Below, in pieces: positions 54,571 through 64,000 of a stretch of DNA of 64,000 nucleotides. Position 1 is the first letter of the stretch. Every line of letters starts with the position of its first letter. The DNA is from the human T2T-CHM13v2.0 reference genome, Homo sapiens, in the NCBI RefSeq assembly GCF_009914755.1, contig NC_060929.1, one strand, 5' to 3'. Both the position numbers and the translations under genes were made by a program. Below the pieces are notes generated by a model that was not told where the DNA came from, made no database searches, and saw only the letters and a list, made by a program, of their open reading frames with translations.

Positions 54571-56195
54571 ATACCCAGGCAGCAAAGCATCCCTGCTTAC
54601 TGCATGACTCTAGTGTTAGCAGTGCCCCCTGGGACTGGATTTTAAAGAATGAGTTGATGAAATGCTATATTTTGGAATACAAATTGTGAATCTAATAAAA
54701 AAAACTCAAGAAGTCAGGTGGTTAAGGAGATTTCAAGTTCCTGATTACTCTTTAGTAAGGAAATTTCGGGTGAGTTATGTAGGGAAGCTGAATGTCCTTA
54801 TCAATTTCAAGATAAGATGGTTTACATAATCAGGCCATATATATATACTTGCATATCAATACACATTATATCTCTATTATTTGAACTCACGTTGTTTTTC
54901 TTGGTATTTCTAAATATGTTAGAAATTTTGTAAGATTATATATGTGTGTGCATATATCATGCACACACAAAAGCCACTAATAATATCTATTCCAACATTT
55001 TAACTCTTATCAAAGATATTTAGGTGAACTATGTTTTTGGAATACAATTTGTCTAGAAAAAACTTATGTGAGATTTCTGCAAATACTATTTTCCCATCCT
55101 AATCACAGTGCATGAAATCCATAACTGAAGTGTGATACTCTTCCCATTTCGCATGCATGTCTGAACACCTGCACCCACTCCCGTCAGAGGTGGTTCTGAT
55201 AGAAGCAGTAACGTACATGGCATTGCTTTGGGCCCTCCTCTGCCCCTGTGAACCCACCTCTCCTCAGGCTTACCTCAGCTCATTGAGTATTAATGTACAC
55301 ATACACGAGTACATCTTTGTGATTTTCTGTACTTTAGTGCGAGGGCCAATGAAGAAAGAGAAACAAAAGGACAAGAAAACCCTGAATAACTCAACCACAT
55401 TGCCAGTGTGCAGTCAGCTGCAGTGGAAAATTCCCTGAGGAGCTGTCACCTCATCTTCTAGTCTAAGCCCAGCGTTCCAGTGTCAAGAGGTGACACACTC
55501 TATCCGGTGGTCCAACACCTCAGGTTCTGAGGGTTCCTTCTCAGATTTTACACAAGAGAGAAAGGGAACACTATTAACACTTTTCTGCCCTTATGGGCCT
55601 TTTAAAGATCAAAATCAGGGAGACAGCAGGCCTGCAAGGATGCCTTATGGTGACAGAGAATCTCCCCTTCCCATCCTGTTGGACTCTAAACACTTTAGAA
55701 ATAACATAAGTCATTTTCCAAATGACAATTTTGCTTTCCTAATGTGAAAATACACATCACTAGTGCTCTATGTAAAAGAGACTTTTTCTAGCCCCATCTT
55801 AAAAAACTAAAAGTTGATTTGTTACTAAAAAAAATGTGTATTTTGCAGTTTAACGATCACTTCAGTCTTGTGAACCCAATCACTTCAATCTTGATAGTGC
55901 ATTGTGAGTAATAATACAAACTAGCTAACAGGGCTTCTGTAAGAAGTAACTGACAGAATTGTATGTAAGGAGGCTGGGCTCCTTTACCCCAGGAAAATGT
56001 GAGCTAAGCCTGAATAAAGGAAGCCCCTATCCCACTGCCACTGCCCCCTCAGTCTGGTGAGGGACCTAGGAATGGAAGTGGCTCTGTTAAAGCTTTCACT
56101 CTTTTTCTTTTGGATATCCATGAACTTGTCTGTTGATCCACAAATGCAACCACTGACAGAGAACAAGCCTGAACAGATAAAGGTATCCTAAGAAT

Positions 56196-56637
<442 letters not shown>

Positions 56638-57779
56638 TCAATGTTCTTAGCTGCTCTGCAACTAATAAATTGTTTTGTATCTTTACTTAGAGAGAGAGAG
56701 AGAGACTTATAAGTCCTTCGGTTTTAGTACCTTCAGCTATAAAGTGATTACTAAAGTAATTGCCTTCTAAATGAATCTGCAAAAATAAATGAAGACATTG
56801 TAAGCCATAAATAGTGAATTCCAGTGGAAACAGCTTCTCTAATCAGAAAAGTCAGTGAATATAATTAAAAATATGAGGAACTATCCCTTTAAAATATTGT
56901 GGATATATATTTATGAAATATTCTCATAGTAATGATATCACTTTTTCTGAAGACATTTCTAAATCTTTCCTTAAAGCTTAGATCTACATAAATACTGTTT
57001 ATGCCACTGGCAAAAAAAAGAGGAATTCTTATTACTTGCATCTAGGGAAAACAAAATACATTTATGAGTTAGGATTCATTTAAATGTCTATTTTTACTGC
57101 TAATCATTTGTTTATTCAATGAAAAATATTTTGCCTTCATTAAAATTTTGAATGCTTAGAGGAATTTAATACAATGATCAAAGTTCAGTTAATACTCTGA
57201 AATATTTATACCTGTAATAAAGAAAAATGGCTTTGCTTAACCTGAAAGTTGCTCTTTTAACCAGAAGAATATAGATTAAACACTGATTTATGAATTTGCT
57301 GACTACTTTTGCTTGATATGGTCATTGTCCATTGTTTTGTCTTCAGCTGGAGCACATATTTAAGAAATTTTTTTTATGCCTTTATTAAAGACCACATGCA
57401 GAAACGTATACTAAGACTAGTTGTAGTATGAGCCAATTGAAGTGCACTTTTGCAACTAATGACCTATTAATGGTAAGCTGATGATACAAGAAAAAATTTT
57501 AAATTTGTTTTGATATTGGAAGTATAAGTGGGTTAAAATTCACAAATTGACGAATTATGCTCACAAATCCATGTATATAGATCAAGCATATGTCCAACTT
57601 GAGGAAATTCAGACATATAGTATTATTATGTAAATAGACCAGAGATTTCTCATGTATAATTATTATGTGGAGGCCCTTGATAATCATAACCTTAAAATTT
57701 TGATGCATATATTATTTGCCATGAACGTTTTTCATTTACAATCTGTATGGATAGTAATTACTATCAAGGCTATTATATA

Positions 57780-58124
57780 CAGGTTGCATATCCCTTATCT
57801 AAAATGTGTGGGACCAGAATTTGGGATTTTTTTTCAGATTTTGGAATATTTGCATATACATAATGAGATGTCTTGGGAATGGGACCAAAGTCTAAACACG
57901 AAATTCATTTGTGTTTTATATACATTTTATATACAGTCTGAAGGTCATTTTATTTTTCCCTTGGGGACACTGAATAAGCTGTGTGTTGTGCAACTGCCTT
58001 TTGACTGTGACCTGTCACATGAGGACAGGCGTAAAATTTTCATGGTGTCATGTCAGTACTCAAAAACTTTTGAATTTTGGAACCATTTAGATTCTGGATT
58101 TTCAGGTTAGCAGTGCTCAACCTG
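57780..58124. mobile_element. Tigger4b/MER46-like TcMar MITE
   Basis: TIRs 'caggttg...' / '...ctcaacctg' with TA target duplications at 57778-57779 and 58125-58126. Confidence 0.85.
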
Positions 58125-58723
58125 TACTGAGTACTTCTCTGAACTGGGCTATTTGGGTTTGGTGAGGAGAAGAATGCCTAGGTGGTTATATATGAGAGCC
58201 TTGATGAAGCTCCAAAGTTGAAAAATTTCTCCCTCTTTGGCCTGAAATTTCAGCTCTGATATAAATTCATTTCTCACATTCTGATTTTCTTCAATAAAAT
58301 CCTGATTAAAGTACAGTATTTCAGAGAAAGTGATATGTTGTCACTAATGCCCATTAACATCATCGTTCTTATCACAACTTTTTCTTAGCAGTTGAGAGAA
58401 GAATCCTGGGGAATAGGATATAAGTTGGTAAGTTTTGATGCAGGGAAATACAAAAGTCTCTTTTAGAAGTTAGCATGTGAGCTGACAATACAAACGCTCA
58501 GCCCTGAAGACAATGTCTAAGGACAACTCTGAGACACGAAATAACTTAAATTCAGTCCCTGCTTTACACTAAATTTCAATGAAAGACACAAAAGTTGTAT
58601 ACTGGTTGACATGTTACGCATTTAACAGTTAAGTTGAATTAATAAGTATTCATGTTATATCATTAAAGGGGATGCACTCTACTCTGGTAGATATCTATAG
58701 TATATATCTGGTATCTATAGATC

Positions 58724-58735
58724 AGATAGATAGAT

Positions 58736-58777
<42 letters not shown>
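58724..58777. repeat. (AGAT)n tetranucleotide STR
   Basis: [AGAT]3 GAT [AGAT]n. Confidence 0.92.
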
Positions 58778-60319
58778 GTACATACTTGGTAGATATCTGT
58801 AGTAAGTACACTAACAATAATAAGAATACGTACTTAGAGCAGACGGATTTGAAGAGAAATCCCCACATTTTTTCAGGGCTAGTGAGTAAATCTTTTGGGT
58901 AGATGTGTTGTTGGAGGAGCTGTTTACAGAGAGAAAGTAGAAGGGTTTGGCTTAGGGAAGGGGAAAGAAGAGCTCACCTTGTTGAGAGGGCAGGAAATGA
59001 GCTTATATTGTGCCAAACAAAAAGCCGCAGGCGCAAAACTGCTCTTGAATGATATCAAACATACTACATTTATTTTTCACTCCAATTTGTAGACTAGAGG
59101 AGAGTTCCAGGACCAAGCTTTTTCATTGATTGGCTTTTTATGAATCACCTCCATTTCTTGCCTTTCCTATAGCACATTTCCTCTATGCTTTTGTTAATCA
59201 CCAGTGCAAAGGGAGGAAAAAACTCAACACATTTTTTACAAACTCCTCCGTCTGAAATGAGCTAAGCATTGTTCTGATACATTTTGCGGAATGTTAGGTG
59301 ATACTCATAATTTATTCCAACCTGGTGATTCTAAGATTTTTTTCTACTGGGACATAACTAGTATAGAGTTTATATCTCTTTGGCATTGCCCAAGTTTTGG
59401 AGACGTTGAGACTTGTGGCTAAGCACTCACTGTGTTAATAAATTCTAGTTCCTACGGTGTGATTTTTTTTAAGTATGTAAATCTGAAAGTGAAATGATTT
59501 GGTTTTATACCTTGGAGCTCTACTAGGGATCTCACTATCCATTTAGAAATGATGTGTCCGTGGTGATGAGGATACAGCAAGTAGGAAACTTTCTGAACTG
59601 GTAGTGAGCCCATATCTCTCCTGGGCACCAGAGAAACTCAGTACAAGTTATCAGTAGACTTCAGTGTGGTTAAAGCTGTCCAACTGGGGCCCAGCAGCAC
59701 CCTGCAACTCTGAAGGAATCTCTATTTCTCAAGGTTTTTCCTAGGTTCAGAAAGATGTAGCTTTATTTTAATTACTCTGAAAAAGCTTAACACTAGGGCT
59801 AGCATCAAAATCCACAAACAAGCATGAGATCTTTTCTTTCTATTTGGATTTATTTTCTCTCTCTTTTCCATGCAGAATGATAATAGGAGAAGCAGTTATT
59901 TCCATTAACAATCATGGCTTATATCCCGTCTTTTCAGCTCTGATGCTAATCACAGCAAAGCCCCAGCAGCCTCTTGAAGCACTGCTGAGCAATCCATGTT
60001 CAACTGTGACCTGAATTTTAAAAGTAAAAAATAAAGGCAATGTTTCCAAATAGCTTATCAAGAAATGTTTTTACAAGTAGTATAGTACAACTCTTAAGGG
60101 TTGTATAGTATACAACCCTTATATAGTATATGTGCAGTATAGTGACCCTTAAGGATATGACATTTCAGTTATTTATTTCCCTATTCTTTCTCCTTCCTTG
60201 TATTGGTTTGCAAGTTCCTGTGACCCCTTAGCATTCATATAAATTACTGATATTTCAAGCATCTGATTATCACTCATTTAGATGAGGAAAATATGATTGA
60301 TGTCCTCAAAGAATATATA

Positions 60320-60600
60320 GAGTCGTCATCTCTTTTTCTATGGCTTATAAGCTCTGGATGGTTTTACATTTTTAAATGTTGGAGGAAAAAATCAAAAAGA
60401 AGAATAATATTTTATGACACAGGAAAATTAAATGAAATACAAATTTCAGGGTCCAGAAATAAATTTTTATCGGAACACAGTCACACTCACTTGTTCATGC
60501 CTAATCTATGGCTGTTTTCATACTGTAACAGAGTTAAGTGGTAAGTACCAAGACCAAGTGGCCTGCAAATCACTTTACAGGAAAAATTTGCTGGCTCTTG
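60320..60600 (+). mobile_element. MER58B (hAT-Charlie)
   Basis: 'aaaatcaaaaagaagaataatattttatgacac...aataaatttttatcggaacacagtcacactc'. Confidence 0.8.
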
Positions 60601-61217
60601 AATTAGAATATAAAACGGTTAAAGTTTAAATGTCGATGTGAAGACAGTGTTGCCCTAATTAACTGCAGTTCCATTTTCCACAATCAGTTATTAGTGCTTA
60701 ATATTTTGAAGACATCTCATACTTGTGCAATTCTTTTCCATCAATAGTATTTAATTATAACAACTAATGCAAGCTAAGGTGACTCCACAATTACAGTGAG
60801 TCAGAAGGAAATGGCTTTTCCCATAGTGAATGAGGCTTAAGAAGAAAATGGAATTCATAGAAGAGGAAAAGATTGCTTTATACCTAAAATCTTCCACTTA
60901 GTTTCAATCAACATATATGCATTGCTAATAGAATTAGAGCATTTTCTACAGTCCCTGGTGGGGGGCTTGGCAGATTTCTGGCTGAATAAGAGTCTGCGTC
61001 TTGCCTTTCAAATATAAAATAATGATGGGCAGGGAGGAAATGCTTCCCAAGATTCCTCCACATAACACTCCCAAATTCTCAGTGTCTTCCCCTTTGCCTT
61101 CTTAGTCATTTTGGGTTCTTATCTTTGAGGCTAAGGAGACTTTCAATGCTTAATCCCAGTGCATGTTGTTTTTATTCATGAGATCTGATCATCATTTGGT
61201 GGGAGTACAGAATTTTG

Positions 61218-61522
61218 TATTTTTTTATTTTATTATTTATTTATTTATTTTGAGACAGAAACTCACTCTGTTGCCCAAGCTAGGGGGCGGTGGCTCACTG
61301 CAACCTCTGTCTCCCGGGTTCCAGTGATTCTTCTGCCTCAGCCTCCCAAGTAGCTGGGACTACAGGTGCACGCCATCATGCCCGGCTAAGTTTTGTATTT
61401 TCGGTAGAGACAGGGTTGCACCATGTTGGCCAGGCTAGTCTCAAACTCCTGACCTCAAGTAGTCCACCCACCTCAGCCTCCCAAAGAGCTGGGATTAGAG
61501 GTGTGAGCCACTGAGCCTGGCT
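61218..61522 (-). mobile_element. AluS
   Basis: 16-bp TSD ggagtacagaattttg at 61202-61217 and 61525-61540. Confidence 0.92.
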
Positions 61523-62089
61523 CTGGAGTACAGAATTTTGGATGGGGATTTTCCATGATCTACTTCTCTGTAAAGTTTCTGAATGTCCTGTCTACTGGCT
61601 AATGTCTCAAAAAAAGAAAAAAAGAAGGGAAGAAAGAACTTGCTTTTAAGAATGATGATCCTGATTCTTCACTTTTCCAGCTAACTCAGTACAGACTTGC
61701 CCAAATGTAAGGTATAGGGAGAGGTACCAGCAGGGAAAACGAATCCTCGATTAGAATAGAAAAATCACCTTATTCCAAATGAATTCTGAGGGCTCACAAT
61801 CCAATAGTATCACATAGGTCCAAATATTTATGGAAGGCCTGCTACATGCCCTAATCCATACTGGACTTCTGGGAGAGTATAAGGCTCCTCACTGATGTTA
61901 AACTAGGGATCCAGGACATATGTAAAATGTTGCTCACTAACCAAAGCTGTGCCTCTGTGAAGAATCTAAACTTGGGCAATTCTGCTGACATACAGCTGAC
62001 AATAATTTAATAGTGACTTGTTTACTATTGCACAATGGTAACTGTTAGCTCAGGAGTTGAAATGAGGAAATTTCTGTTCATAACAAGAA

Positions 62090-62330
62090 ATAATAGAGGT
62101 TAAACAAGTGGTCTCTAGAATCTAGCTGCCTCCATCTGAATCCTCTGTTGATAATTTTCTACCTGTGTGATATTGGACAAGTTATATAATCAGTCTTTAT
62201 CTAAGTTTCCTTAGCTGCAAAGTTATAAAAGCAGTGTCTAATATATTTATGAGGATTAAATAAATCATAGCATGTAAAGCACCTCAAAGGTGTTTGGCAT
62301 ATAAATGAAAATCCAATAAAAAGTAACAAC
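62090..62330 (+). mobile_element. MIR
   Basis: 'tgtgtgatattggacaagttat...gaggattaaataaatcatagcatgtaaagcac'. Confidence 0.7.
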
Positions 62331-62514
62331 AACATACATGCATGATCTAGAAGATAGCTCAATATTTGTGCAGTGCTCCAGTTCCAGTTTGAGCATAGGG
62401 AATAGTTTTTAACATTATATTTGTGTTTAAATTTGCTGGAGTTATGCTGAAATGAAAAATTATAATTTATCATGGGAAGATGTGTGCAATCCGCACAATC
62501 CAAAGAAAAAAGAT

Positions 62515-62680
62515 AAAAGTAATATTTATCTTACATAATAGCCTATATGATAGCCTAGACTTGCATGTACCAGAAACTGTTTCAAGCTCTTTTACATAAA
62601 TTTAATGTACTTAATCTCTACAACTCTGGGGATAGGTAGGTACTATTATTATCCCCATTTTACATATACAAGAGTATAGG
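62515..62680 (-). mobile_element. MIR
   Basis: 'gtaggtactattattatccccattttaca' core. Confidence 0.75.
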
Positions 62681-64000
62681 TAAGATGAGAAGAACAATGC
62701 AATGATTTGAATTGCTTTGTGTCTTATGTTGCTGTTAACTATGAACTCTCAGGCTACCATTAAAATCTCATGTTTTTATATGTCTATAATCTAGTTGTTT
62801 AATTTTTTAAGCAAAATTTCTTCTATGAGTTATTTATATTAAGATTTTGCTGGTTGTGTATTCCAGGGAGGGTCATTTTGAGACAGGGCCATGCTGATTG
62901 AAGAATAGACCTCAGTGGATGAGTGGTTTCTGGAGATCATTAAGAGATGTGTCAGCAAACTGGACAAGCCAGCACAAATGACAATTGCTAACAATAGAAG
63001 TACTTTTGAAATTACATTATGGTTGAATATGACCAAATACAAAATGGTAAAGACACTTGAATACATAGGTACTTAGTCAATCATTTAAGGGGAAATTCTA
63101 GTAGCAAAAACTCACCTAGCAAAGCATCACAAGAAACTCCACTGGAAACAATGATGAAGGCTTCACAATTTCTAATTACTACATGAAATGATTTTTTATT
63201 TAGGTCCTCACAGAATATGCTTCTGCTTGCAATGCATCAGATTTGTTGTCATTATGTAAATAGCAACCTTTGAAAGGAAAATAGCCAGTGCTATCAGCAG
63301 CCACTACGTTTGAATTGTACCAATTACTCAAATCATGGTGGATTTGAATTAGTTCTCTGTGTTTATGAAAACATGCTTGTAGAATTGAAGTTTTCTTTCC
63401 TATTATTTATCAGTAAGAAGTAAGCTCAAGTATTTTAGAATAACAGTATAATTCCCTATGATTGGCCAACAGACAACGCTGAGCTGTTTTGATACTCACA
63501 TGAATGTAGAAAATATTTCTGGATATTTGATATTTTCAATTTAAATGGTAGGATTGTGTATAACAGTTGATATTGTGCTTCATTCACAACAGACATGATT
63601 CTCTCTTCTACCTCCCACCCCGATCCCGACCCTCCAGAGAGTACCGAACAAACATTAGAGCTGAGTAGAAGTTCCTGCAAAATGAAAATATGCCTCTCCC
63701 ATTCACACCATGTTTCAGAGCCTTCAGCCCTCAGATTTCAACAGCTGACTTCTAACTCTGCCAGTGAAGACTTGAGGCAAATAGGAATGTAGAGCTACCC
63801 CCATTTCCTTCTGTCTTTGACAGAAGTAGACTGTAAGGCAATACTGCAAAGTATTTTCCTAAAAAATGTCCATGGGAACGCAAGAAATCAGTTGTATCTT
63901 CCAGATGAAAATTCCCTCCTGATGTTCCTCTTGACATGCTGGTGATCTATTCCTTGCTGGCAAGGTGGGGTTCTTAAAGGGCTTGCACTTGCTCCCATTA

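Noticed and set aside
53948-54590. Long His/Thr- and Val/Cys-rich ORFs
   Set aside because: Produced by the GT-rich VNTR.
57652-58110. 152-aa ORF
   Set aside because: Lies largely within a non-autonomous Tigger4-type MITE, with no recognisable transposase motifs.
63595-63792. 65-aa ORF in unique sequence
   Set aside because: Short, with weak splice context and no recognisable homology.

Overview
Human non-coding genomic DNA. The species call rests on an intact human-specific AluYb8 at 34512-34818. Interspersed repeats dominate: a near-full-length ancient L1 (about 1.07-9.06 kb) riddled with Alus, about 18 Alu or Alu-monomer copies, many solo LTRs (MaLR, ERVL, ERV1), L2/MIR relics, hAT and Tigger MITEs, HAL1, a 5' U6 fragment and several microsatellites/VNTRs. 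I found no intact protein-coding gene, and most supplied ORFs are Alu, L1 or simple-repeat artefacts. The best lead is a chain of minus-strand exon-like segments (44726-44040, 36371-36277, 32268-32174, 28828-28773, 25125-24521). They have mostly consensus splice sites, phase-compatible junctions within each cluster, a repeated HLVW-x3-G-x-L motif and a few in-frame stops, consistent with a decayed multi-exon (unitary) pseudogene that I cannot name. Other leads are a four-armed inverted repeat at 25.45-25.61 kb, two local templated insertions, and a strong splice acceptor followed by a UG-rich VNTR at 54 kb. Repeat subfamily names come from recalled consensus sequences, not a search, and repeat boundaries are approximate unless a TSD is given.
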